This document shows, one piece after another, positions 34,671 to 46,381 of a stretch of 60,000 nucleotides of DNA. The stretch is from Mobula hypostoma (Eukaryota): contig NC_086097.1 of the NCBI RefSeq assembly GCF_963921235.1, positions 140,618,001-140,678,000 of the forward strand. Reading direction: 5' to 3'. The notes beneath the pieces were generated by a model. The model searched no databases. It was not told the origin of the DNA and worked only from the letters and a program-made list of their open reading frames with translations. The position numbers and the translations under genes are program-made. Numbering within the stretch: the stretch's first letter is position 1; every line of letters begins with the position of its first letter.

Positions 34671-36397
34671 TGGTGGTACAGCGTGCCTGTTCTGTGTCCA
34701 CCCACACTGCAGGGCTCCAGATTTATTGACGGTGTGAGTCCAGCCAAGACAACAGTAGAACAGTCACAATCAGGGCTTATTAAAAAGGTTCAGCAACATG
34801 AGATGATGCACCTGTAGAGACAGTTGATGGAGCCTATCCTGTGGTTTTATCAAAATATGGGTTACAGACCTCATTGATCCAGTAAAGTCTCGCTGCCTCG
34901 CCACGCTCAGCCAATCCATGTTGGTGATGATCGTCTAACCACAAAGGTGGCAGATGAATGCAAGTGCTGAGAAAGATTAATGTGGGTTTGGCTTGTGGGG
35001 TGGGCTGTGAATGGACGTTGATACAGGAGACTGAATGTTGTTTCAGCCTCAATCTTTATGAAAAGCCTTCCTTCTACCAAAGTACAGCACAGAAACAGGC
35101 CCCTTAGCCATTCTAGTCCATGCCAAACCATTTAAACTGCCTGTTTAGTCTTAATCTGTCTTCCAGGGTGCAGCAAGGGATTGTCAGTCTTTTGAGCTGA
35201 TTTTAATTATGCTGAAATTACACCCCAGTACTTGTGGAGACACAAGGGGCTGCAGATGTTGGAATCTAGAGTGAAACAAACAGCTGGAAGAACTCAAGCA
35301 ACACAGACAAAATGCTGGTGGAACGCAGCAGGCCAGGCAGCATCGTTGAGCTGGAAGAACTCAATAGTTCTAGCAGCATCTGCAGAGGCAGAAGGATAGG
35401 GGCAGCCATCATTTTGGGTGGCCCTGCATCAGGACCATTAGCCCAGAGATGGCCAGGGCTTGAGGCCCTGGGATCCAGGGGAAGGTTGGACAAGCTAGGA
35501 CTTGATTCCTCATGGCACAGAAAACTGAGGGGAGACTTTATAGGTGTATATAAAATCATGAGTGGACCTCATCTTTTTCCTATTATCTAGATGTCATAGG
35601 CTTAAGATGAGAGGGGCATATTTAAAAGGGACCTGAGGGGTTTCACTGGATGGAACAGGCTGTCCAAAGAAGTGGAGGCAAGTACAATATCAATATTTAA
35701 AAGACACTTGGACAGGCACATGGATAGGAAAAGTTTAGAGGGATATGGGTCAAATGCTGGCAAACAGGTCTAGCTTGGATAGACATATTGGTTGGCATGG
35801 AAAAGTTGGGGCAAAGGTCCTGTTTCCGTGTTGTAAGTCTCTACATCCTGTCTGCAAAACATCTCCATGCAATCTGGACAGATGATGCAGTTGTTGGTCA
35901 TTTAAACTTTTCATTACTGTCATTATGACTTCTACAGTCTCCAACAAAACCCACTGTAAGCATGACTTCCAGTATTTCACCTTCCGTCTGGGCATATTGC
36001 AGCTCTGGGGACTCAACAGTGAATTCAGCAACTTCAGATAACCAGTCTTTCCTATTTGTGTCAGATTCAAGGACATTGACCTTTAATATTAATTTTGTTT
36101 CTCTCTGCACTATTGCTGTCTGGTCTGCTGAGATTTTCTAGCTTTCTCTTTTGTTTCACATTCAAGCAACTACTATTGTGCCTTTTACAGAATCCTCTCC
36201 TGCGTGTTCATTTGTTTATGATTCCCTCCGTCACCTGTTAACAAGGCAGCTCTGAAAGCACAGTGTCATCTAGACGTCCTTGGTCTCCATGCTATTACAG
36301 ACATTCATCCTATTCTTTCCACTCCTTCTGCCCTTTACAACTTCAAACATTTCTTTACAAACAGACAGTGCTGACTAGGGCTGTTGTGGAATTTCAG

Positions 36398-36569
36398 ACT
36401 CTCTTCCTTCGAGCAGTGAAAGCCTATAATGCAGAGAACTACCCAGTGTCTGTTACTGAAATGGAGATGGCCATTCCTGACTACCTCAAGGCTTTTGATG
36501 AGTGTATTGCTACCTGCGAGAGCTCTCGGGAAGTGAGAGAGTTTAAAGATTTCTATCCATCCATAGCAG
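36398..36569 (+). CDS. CRTAP: CRTAP exon 3 (172 nt)
   Basis: [63 protein letters not shown](G)|GTTTGT. Confidence 0.95.
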
Positions 36570-36994
36570 GTTTGTGCATATTTTCTAAAAGTTTTGTTCT
36601 TGTTGGGCGATATAATTAAGGAAGAATTATACAGAAACTATTTCCTTTCCCTGTCCCTCTCCCCCTTCCTCCCTTCCCACTTTTCTTTCCAGCTCCTGCT
36701 TCCCTCATCATTCCATGATCAATTGTTTTTTTAAGGAGTTGATAAGCTAAAGCATAGCTCCTATTGCTTTTAATTTGGCCAGACAGTTAATGACACCGAT
36801 ATTTGGTATTAAATTGGTAAAGGGTCTTTAATTATCAACACTTTTTAAATTAAAGGCAGAATAATCCCATTCATAGCTATGTTAATTCATTTACATCTTG
36901 TGATGTTTTGTAGTTGAGGTGGTGGGTATGACTGTCTTATGGTGGTTTGTGCCGGGATAATATTACGAAGTAAAGAGACCTTTTCTGCTTCCAG

Positions 36995-37123
36995 ATCATT
37001 ATGCTGAGGTTCTGCAGTGCAAGGTGAGGTGTGAACCTGATTTAACCCCTGTTGTTGGAGGCTTTCTTGTGGAGAAGTTTCTGGCTACAATGTACCACTA
37101 CTTGCAGTTTGCTTATTATAAAC
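36995..37123 (+). CDS. CRTAP: CRTAP exon 4 (129 nt)
   Basis: CTTCCAG|(D)[42 protein letters not shown](C)|GTGAGT. Not in the ORF track; read directly from the sequence. Confidence 0.95.
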
Positions 37124-37871
37124 GTGAGTAAACTGGGTTTGAGGGGCAGTACTGATTTTAAAAAATAGTGAACTGCAAACTTTCTCTCGATCCCATGCTG
37201 CAGGGCAGTCAGTCTGTAATGAGCTTGTAGAAGGATAATTAAGCAACAGTGGAAGGGCTGCCTTGAACAAAACCAGGGAAAGTTGATGGGAGGGGGACAA
37301 ACAGAATGATCACATCTTTCAGTAACATTCTGGGATTTCTCAGGTACAAACTTCCTGTAGCTCTGGGATGTGGGAAGCGATGAGACTCAGTTTTAGATCT
37401 ATGCGTGTACGAAATGCCCCAATTCTTTGCACACAGTTAACGTACTGAGTGTGCACCCTGCTACTGACCGAAAGAGTCTTTGGCAGATGGATGATCGATA
37501 GGAGATGAGTGCCCATCTGCCCATTGGGAAATCAGTGACCAACTCTTGCTGGGAGAGAAGTGATTACCTGCCCTTTGGGTGATGCCAATTAGCTTCTAAT
37601 GTATAAGGCAGATGTTCAGTTGTTTGCAACAGCACTATCCCAGATTTCACACTCCCAGCATTAAATGCTAACCCGACCACAGTTTACTCAAGGATTGGGC
37701 CCAATGGTCCAAAAAGTCTGTTGGAGCTAGTATGTTGGTTACATACTGATGTGTCTTCCTTGGAAAGTACGAGTAGATTATGACTGGGTGTGGCATAGGA
37801 ACAATGATAACCCTGCAGTCCCCCTTGTGGCAACGTTACCTTGGCTTTTTTTTCCTACTGATATCTTGCAG

Positions 37872-38017
37872 TCAACAACATGAAGAATGCAGCCCCGTGT
37901 GTGGCAACCTACCTATTGTTTGATCCAGAAGATTCGGTGATGAAGCAGAATTTGGTTTACTACCAGTACCACAAGGAGAAGTGGGGCTTGACTGATGAAG
38001 ATTTTGCACCGAGGCCA
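37872..38017 (+). CDS. CRTAP: CRTAP exon 5 (146 nt)
   Basis: TTGCAG|(L)[54 protein letters not shown]. Confidence 0.95.
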
Positions 38018-38266
38018 GTACGTAACCAGAGGGTTCTGTGGGGAATTTGGCAGGTGGGTTGGGGGGTGGGGGGTGCGCGGGGATAGGGTAAGAATTAAAA
38101 GGGATGGAATTTTTTTGTTAGTTTATGGATATAGAAGTGTTGGGCAGAGACTCCCAGCACCCACTCAGTCAAACCACAGAATTGCCTTCCCTGTCCAACA
38201 ACAGCTCCTCTAACCCTTCCCTTCAACAGCTCCCCTCCCTCCCCTTCAACAGCTCCCCTCCCTGCA

Positions 38267-38748
38267 CTTCACAGCTTCTACCCTGTCCTAACTTTCACAG
38301 CTTCTACCCCATCCTAACTTTCACAGCTTCTACCTCATCCTAACTTTCACAGCTTCTACCTCATCCTAACTTTCACAGCTTCTACCTCATCCTAACTTTC
38401 ACAACTTCTACCTCATCCTAACTTTCACAGCTTCTACCTCATCCTAACTTTCACAGCTTCCACCCCGTCCTAGCTTTCACAGCTTCTACCTCATCCTAAC
38501 TTTCACAGCTTCCACCCCGTCCTAGCTTTCACAGCTTCTACCTCGTCCTAACTTTCACAGCTTCCACCCCGTCCTAGCTTTCACAGCTTCTACCTCGTCC
38601 TAACTTTCACAGCTTCCACCCGGTCCTAGCTTTCACAGCTTCTACCTCGTCCTAACTTTCACAGCTTCTACCTCATCCTAACTTTCACAGCTTCTACCTC
38701 ATCCTAACTTTCACAGCTTCCACCCCGTCCTAGCTTTCACAGCTTCCA
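38267..38748. repeat. 26-bp minisatellite, ~18 copies (CACAGCTTCTACCTCATCCTAACTTT)
   Basis: Period of 26 measured directly (AACTTTCAC at 38290, 38316, ...). Confidence 0.95.
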
Positions 38749-39935
38749 TTCCTGCCACTGCCCTTCAGAGCTCGCATTCTTGTCTCTGCCATTCAGTAGC
38801 TGAGTAAAACAAAACTGGGCACCAGGGTTCTCCCACACCACCTTGTGTCTCGGGTGTCTCACCTGGCAACTGAGCCTTCATCTGGGAAAGCCAGGGAATC
38901 AGCAGAGTACCAGGAAATTGGAAGGGAACTTCTTCGTGTGCTCCATTGGATGAGGGGAGTTCCTCCAGGAGATCACTTTGGCCCCAGTAACTGCTGTTCA
39001 ACCCCTAGTTCCTTGGGTGAGTCGGAACCAGATCTCACCTGAGATAAATGAGCAGCTCATGCAGTCCAAGTGAAGGGCCTTGACCCAAAACGTGGACTGT
39101 GCATTTCACTGCATGGATGCTGCCTGACCTGCTGAGCTCCTTGTGCGTCCCTATCATTTACCACCTGTTCCAGTGCCCACTGCTCTCTGACCTAGTCCAG
39201 ACCTGAGGATATCTCTATCCCCAACAACAATGAAACAAGTTGTCCTCATCTAGTAAACAGCATTTAAGCTTTTTTCCTGGCGTCAGTGCTGGTGGTCCAC
39301 ACCCAGTTAGTGTCTATCCTTCACCCACTGTTTCAAGCCCCATCATTACCAGTTGCAGAGGCCATAAATGGACACAATATCTAACCAAAGGAGTCAACCT
39401 TAAAGAGGATAGTCATTCAAGTGCAGTATGCACCCTGTTGATGTATCAGTCCGAATCTCCCCGACATGATGAAACTTTGACTCAAGCCGATATATACTCT
39501 TAGGAGCTAGCGATTTCTTTTGAAAATCAGCACATGGTCTGCAGGTACAGAACACACATGGCCATGCAATCTGTTTGTGTTTGGAAACAAGTTACAAAAC
39601 CATTCATTGCTGTGATGGTGGGATTTCAGAGAGGGGAGCATAGGTCAGGCCTAGAGAGGAGACTGAATGTGGGAGGAGATTTGGAAGGGTGAGTGGAGAA
39701 GGATGGTAGTGATTGATAAACAAGAGGGAGAAGGTGGGGAGAAATAGTATTATGCATCTTTATGTACACCATGGGATGTGCTTTAACACAGTGATGTAAT
39801 GTCCCATCACAATATCAATGAATTATTTTGGGAGTGTGGTGACTGCTGTTGTTGGGATTGATCAATGCATGGATATTTAGCCATTGAACAAATATACCAG
39901 CTCTTAAATGATCTTTAACTGTGGTTAATTTCCAG

Positions 39936-40019
39936 GAAGCTTTGCGATATTACAACCAGACCAAATTTCAGCTTCAGATGCACGAGTTTGCCCAGCAACA
40001 TCTAATGGATGATGATGAG
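39936..40019 (+). CDS. CRTAP: CRTAP exon 6 (84 nt)
   Basis: TTTCCAG|EALRYYNQTKFQLQMHEFAQQHLMDDDE|GTAAGT. Confidence 0.93.
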
Positions 40020-40539
40020 GTAAGTCAAGACCACTCTGTGTTGAACCATGCAATCTCCATTGGCCATCAGTGGAGGAAGTGGTAAAGCAGATAACACATT
40101 TCACAGTGAAAATCTCTTCACTGTACTTCAGTGCATGGGACAATGATAAGCTATTTCCCAGTGAATCCACAAGCTATGGTGAACAGGTAGGCATTGGAGT
40201 CCAAAAGCAAAAGTATTCTGCAAGTCTGGGGTCTTGGCGTATCCACATCTGGAGAGGGATGACTTTAACCTCACTCTGTCAGATAGACACATTTATTACT
40301 AGCAGCAGTGATATTCCAGGGGCAATGGGAATTATCCTGTGGACAACTCCCATGGATTTGGATTACACCGAGAACACTAAACATTCTAGTGCATGATTCA
40401 CACAAAGTTAGCAGGCAGGCCCATCAAGTTGTGAAGAAGGCAAATGGTGTTTTGGCCTTTATTACAAAAGGTGTGGAGTTTGGTTGTAATTGTACAGGGT
40501 GTTTGTGAGTTCTTGTCTGGAATACTGTGTATGGTTTTA

Positions 40540-41080
40540 ATTAGATTTAGATTAGATTATGAGGACACTCAGTCCTCGTTGATTGTCATTTAGAAATGCA
40601 TGATTAAAAAATGATACAATGTTCCTCCAGAATGATATCACAAGAAACACAGGACAAACCAAGACTAAAACAGACAAAACCACATAGTTATAACATATAG
40701 TTACAACAGTGCAAAGCAATACCGTAATTTGATAAAGAGCAGACCATGGGCACGGTAAAAAAAAGTCTCAAAGTCCCGATAGCCTCATCATCTCATGCAG
40801 ACGGTAGAAGGGAGAAACTCTCCCTGCCATGAACCTCCAAGCGCCGCAAACTTGCTGATGCAGCACCATTGGAAGCACCCGACCGCAGCCGACTCTGAGT
40901 CTGTCCGAAAACTTCGAACCTCCGACCAGCCCTCCGACACTGAGCACCATCCTTTGGCGAGCGCCTTGACCCCACCCCGGCCGGTGAGCAACAAGCAAAG
41001 CCGAGGACTCGGGGCCTTCCCCTCCGGAGATTCTGGATTACACAGTAGCAGCAGCAGCGAAGCAGGCATTTCAGAAGTTT
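40540..41080 (-). mobile_element. Short CpG-rich retroposon with a (CTAAT)n-like tail, inserted in a CR1 fragment
   Basis: TTAGATTTAGATTAGATT at the left end. The host CR1 (LEYCVWF|..PYL) resumes at ~41080. Family not recognised. Confidence 0.5.
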
Positions 41081-44000
41081 CCTTATCTAAAACAAAATCA
41101 GAGAAACACTGGAGGACATCCAAAGGAGCTTTACCAGGCTATTTACTGGACTGAGAAGGTTGTCCTATCAAGAGAAGCTAATTGGGTTACAGCCATATTT
41201 AGAACAGAATATAGGTAATTTTATTGAACATCTCACATCCTGAGGGGAGCGTGGCTGAGTAATTATTGAAATGTTTATGTTGTTTGGATTTTTGAGAACA
41301 GATATAATTTCAAGATAAGGACTCATCATTTAAAACAAAGGTACTGTATGTCAAAATTTCTTCTCAAAAAGTGTGCTGAATCCCTCAGAGATCTGTGGAG
41401 GGCAGCTTAGTAACTGTATTTAAAGTGGAGGTAGATAACCTTTTAAAATAGGGGATTGTGGACTGTGGGGATCTGGCAGAGAAGAGGTGATGAGATCTGA
41501 AATAGATCAGGCATAGTTTTATTGAATGGTGGGGCAGGGGCTTGCTTGAGGAGTCAAGTGGCCTATTTTTACTGCTGTTAGGATCATTGGTGGGTATCAG
41601 TCTGTGCTCTGAGCCCCTGAAGTTTAGGAGGGAGTTTGGCGGAGTTAGGAGTTGAGATGTGAGATCGTCCCTGTCCACTCATTTCCTGCTGGCTACTCCC
41701 AGGGATTATGCAAACTCTGGAACAAGGAGTGGAAGAACATGGGGAATCACACAGGACAAAGACCCATAAAATGGTCAGCTTTGAACAGGCAGATTTTAAA
41801 TTACCCTGTGTGGGTTGCTGTAGATAATTCATACATTATTTCAAGGAATGGTTCAACTAGCATACATGTCCATGAGCCTGGACCAGTAATCCAAGGACGT
41901 GGGATCAAATCAGTTAATTAAATAGTCTAGAACTATTTTGTTTTCAAAATGGTCTTGGTAATCAGGAGGGTCCACGGAAATACTGAACCGTGGTAAAACT
42001 TCCTGGGACCATTAGGTCCTTTGGGAAGGAATATGTTGTCCTTACTGAGCCTGGCCATTAGTTGATTCCCAAAGCACCAGTGTGCACTTGCAATTTTCTT
42101 CTCATAGTAAATTCTGTCCTTAACTGGGTGTGCAAACAGCATGGAGAACTAGAGGCAGAATTATGCCTCTATTGTAGCTACAACATTAGACCCCGTAATA
42201 AACTGGTCTGGATATTATCTATAATTCTTCATTGTTCAGAATTTGTGAGGCTGAATTGTTTTTTGAATTCTTGAGCACCACCAGTAAATGGTGATGCACT
42301 GCAGCATGTCATTGACAGAACTCACCTGCAGGGGGTGATAGAGACCACATTTTGGAAGTTTTCCAGATTCTAAGTCCTCCGTGCTTCTAAACTTTCTGCA
42401 AACAAAGCTTCTAAGTTTGTGCTGCTTATCCGTTCATTATTCTGTCCCAAGTTTGTCTGTTCTGAAAAGACAGCAATTCATGTATGTTAAGCTTTGTTTA
42501 AACCAGATTCTATATTTTGGTTTGTCGTAAGGGGCAGGAAGATGTGACTGAGTGAGGCAGGTGGGAGGGGGAATCCAAGAGGTAGTGCTGGTGGAGCCTC
42601 AGCCCTTGAGCTTGTCTAACAGGTCTGAGATTCTTGTACAGACAATAGAGGGGGCTGTAGGAAGGATGCGCAACCTAACCGTGCATGGCATCATGGTTTA
42701 GGGAGACGTTAAAGAGAAGAGAAGAGAAGTGTAGTTGTAATAGGGGTTAATTGGCCTAACACCTTCAGCAGCCACTCCTCATGTTCTTCCAGAGTAGATC
42801 CAAACACTATCAAGTCATCTAGATACACCAACACCTCGAGCAAGTTCATATCCCCCACTGTCCTCTCCATGACCCTCTGGAAGGTGGCTGGGGCCTTGGC
42901 CCCGATATGCCTTGGGGCATTTGTTCGAACTGAAAGAATCCCAGGGGACAGATGAAGGCCATCTTCTCTTTCTCTTTATCGGCCCCACTCATTGGAATCT
43001 GGTAATACGCTCTCCACAAAACCACTGGGAACCACTCAAACAGGCCAACACATCTTCAACCCTCGGGACCGTATACTGGTCAGGGACAGTGCGCCGGTTC
43101 AGGGTCCTGTAGACCATGCATTCCCATTTTCCTTTCTAGCCACTACTATGTGGGACGCTCAGGGGCTCCAGGACTCCGCGATAATCCCCGCATCCTTCAA
43201 CTGGTGCAAGTGCTGCCGCACATCTTCCACGTCATCCGGGGCCAGCCGCCACGACCTTTCTCTAAACAGAGTGCTCTTGGAACAGCCCACATCAAACTCG
43301 CCCTGAGAAAAGACATCCCCTAGCTTCAACATCTTCTCCACCAGCCTTCTCTTACACTCCGGCGGTACGGGGGAGTCCTCAAAATTAAAGGCCTCCTCAG
43401 TCAGCCGCCCCCGTTCTCCAATAGTTTTCCTCTAGTGGGCCTCACGGGGGTGCTAGACATCACTGTCACTGGGAACAAGTGCGCGAGGGGCATCCCGCAC
43501 TTAAAGGTGATCTCCGTCTCCGTTGTGTTCCTTACAATCACCCCCATCCTGCGTGCCAGTACAGCCGAGGGCCTTTGCAATTGAGGTCTCACCAGCACCC
43601 CAGCCGGGAACCGAGACTCCCCTTCGAGGTCTTCCGGGGCGTCTACTAACAGGGCCTTGCCCGCTGGTACTCCAGGGAATCTGGGGGTCCCCAACACTAG
43701 TGCCACCTTCCCTGGCTGTATCACTTCAGGCCTCGCCAAAGTACACCACACTGTCCTTCGTTTGCACTCAGGATCCAGCCCCCTGTGGCCACCCGCTTCT
43801 TTGAACGCCGCTTGAAACACTGGGTGTACCGAGAGGGTTTCCAGAAAGTTCTCCCCCGCCTTCTCCTTACAGGCTCCCAGGAGCCGTTGCACCAGAGGGG
43901 AGTTAGTCCCCGCCAGAAGGGCAGAGCCACCTGTTTCTACCGGATCCGGACAAACCAACAGCAGCCCCTCAAGGGCTTCCGACATTCCCACATCACCCTC

Positions 44001-45750
44001 CGAGAATTCCAATCTCACTGGCAGGTACCCATCGTATGGGTAATCACCATCACTTATACCCCAAATCTCCAGGGCATTAAACGGGATCATGGGCAAACAC
44101 TTTAGATATTTGTTGTAGAATGACTGGTACAATAAGGTGACCTGCGACCCGGTGTCAAGGATGGCCCTTGCAAAGACTCCCTCCATCTGTAGGGGCTTGC
44201 AGGGGTCCCATGGCAGATTTCGGGGAACGTATTCCTCCAGAGACTCCAGTCGGTTCCCTCACTGAGTCTCTCCTCGGTTTCCTGACACCTTTCTTAGTCA
44301 CCCAGGGGCTTGCCCTCCGCGGGGCGTCTTGTCTCTCACAATCCCTCCAGAAGTGTCCCTCTTCCCCACAGCTGTACACCTCCTGCCGCTCACATTCCCG
44401 CCGGAAATGCCCCTTTTTCCCACAGTTATAGCACACGCTACCCACCGCCCCTCTCCTCCCGGGACGCCTGCCACTTCCAGCCCACTGCACGGCCCGCCCT
44501 CTGAAGGAGATGCTCTCCCTGTCAATCCACTCATGCGAGGGGTCCCTACCCACCTGGGACCCCTTGGGTCGCTCGGTTCTCAACGCTGCCACCACCTCCT
44601 GTACTGCTGAGGATCGTCCCCAGTGGCCAGAGTCCTCCTTCTGGCCCAACGCGCTCTCATCCTCCCGCACCTCTAAACAGCTGACCGATCGATGGAGGGG
44701 GGCTCCTTTTATAGGACTGCCGGAGACTCCAAGCCACCTTGTCCTCCCCCAGGGAACCCCTAGATAGCTGATTCATCCTCAACTTCACCACCTCATCCGC
44801 CCTCACTACCCCTCAGCACCGCAACCCATTAAGCATTATCTCCAGCCGAAAAATGTATTCTGAGAGCTTTTCCCCTCTTCCCTGCCCCATGTTTTGAAAC
44901 TCCACTAAAAGCTCCCAGGAACCTCCCATCAATCCAAACGCACCCTCCAAAGCTTCCAGATACTCCGCAGGGAAGCCGAGCGCTGTTCAGCTTTCAGTCC
45001 CCGGACGACACCAGCCGCCATTCCCCGCAGACTTTCCACCAATCGCTGTCTCTTTTCCTCATCCAAGCCTGGCCACTCCCCAAACAACTGGGACGTGTTT
45101 TCGATCCATGTCTCATAATCGTCCTCCCCTTCCGGGGTAGGCGTAGCTCCTGAGAAAATTCTCAGCTTTGGGTGGGGCCCCTCGGCCCTTCTCACCAGGG
45201 GGGGTAATGGCAGCTGCCAACTCGGAGGTCTCACCTCTAGCTGGGGGACGGGGCCTGACCAATCCTTCCCACTCTGACCCCTCTTGCCCCTCTTCCCTCA
45301 TTACCCCGAGAACTTGTTCCCTCGCAAATTCCTTCAACCCTCCATCTCTGGCTACTGGCACCTCCCCGGTGTCTCATCAAACTCTTCCTCCGGTGTCTCC
45401 TCACATTCATCCTCTGGGAAGGTGTGGAGGCCCCATGCCCCCGCCTCCCCTGGACGCCGACTGTCACTGGCAGTTCCAATGTCATGACGTCAGCACTCGT
45501 ACGAACCAACACCCAGCTTGATTCCAGTTCTTTACCACACCTTCTAGCTATCAGTTCTACCTTGCTGATAGCTTTAATCAGACTCAACCCTCGCACTAGC
45601 ACTTCTTCCAAAGTGCAGAAATCCACCCCACTTAACACGCATGCATGATTAACCGGTACGTCCTCGAACTCACACCAGCTTACAATCTTATCCCGGTCCA
45701 TCTCCGCACTACTTAACGTGGCGATTTATACAGCTTACACAGAATTCAAC

Positions 45751-45767
45751 CCCGGACGATGGCCCCA
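45751..45767 (-). other. Primer-binding site, tRNA-Pro-like
   Basis: TGGGGCCATCGTCCGGG lies 4 nt inside the LTR and resembles the tRNA-Pro PBS TGGGGGCTCGTCCGGG. Confidence 0.7.
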
Positions 45768-45771
45768 GAAA

Positions 45772-46381
45772 TGTAATGCGCAGGGCTATCGGCTTGTGTT
45801 TATCTAGGGGAAACCCCGTCTGCCCGCCAAACTGTGTCTCACGGTTGCGTAGTTGCTGTGTAATGCCACCTGGTACAAACTCATACATCAAATATCAGAC
45901 AGCACACAATCTACAATTTACAGATTACACTTTATAAGTCTTACTGGAACTATGTAATTAATAGAGATACAATATAAAAGGGAAAGTAAAAGGCACCAAG
46001 CTTATCAGAGTTCAACCACTTCGTGCACAACCATTGGAGCTCAATTAACAGGGTCCTCTTTCCACCATTCAATCTCCTCCGACCCCCTCGACTCGCCGCT
46101 CGGGGGTCGACCAGAGGGCGTCCAGCACTTCCTTCCTCTTCGGTTCTCCTCCCGAAAACCTGCCAAACCACCCGGTTCCCAGAATATCACCCACAAAAAG
46201 AATAACATGGACACTTATTGCTTCATCCCCTCTCTTATCAATAATATAACCCAAACAAGCGGGAGAGAGAGAACTCCTTACATCGCAGTTATTATTACAG
46301 AAAAGCCATTTTTATTATAACATAAGAAAGAAGCCCTTTTATTAGCGTTAGCAGTAACATAAAAGAAGTAACCACCTTACA
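45772..46381 (-). repeat. 5' LTR of the Gypsy element (610 bp, TGTAA...TTACA)
   Basis: Minus-strand termini TGTAAGG and GCATTACA, directly followed by the PBS. Confidence 0.85.

Larger units (their letters stand above)
42747..46381 (-). mobile_element. Gypsy LTR retrotransposon with PNMA-like gag; 3'-truncated and frameshifted
   Basis: LTR 45772-46381; PBS; gag ([65 protein letters not shown]); protease [12 protein letters not shown] to VYLDDLIVF (~42810). Confidence 0.9.

Noticed and set aside
34229..34747. 172-aa repetitive ORF
   Set aside because: Translation of a tandem repeat running into CR1 sequence.
38267..38748. CRISPR-like array
   Set aside because: The units are contiguous with no unique spacers, there are no cas genes, and the context is a vertebrate intron.
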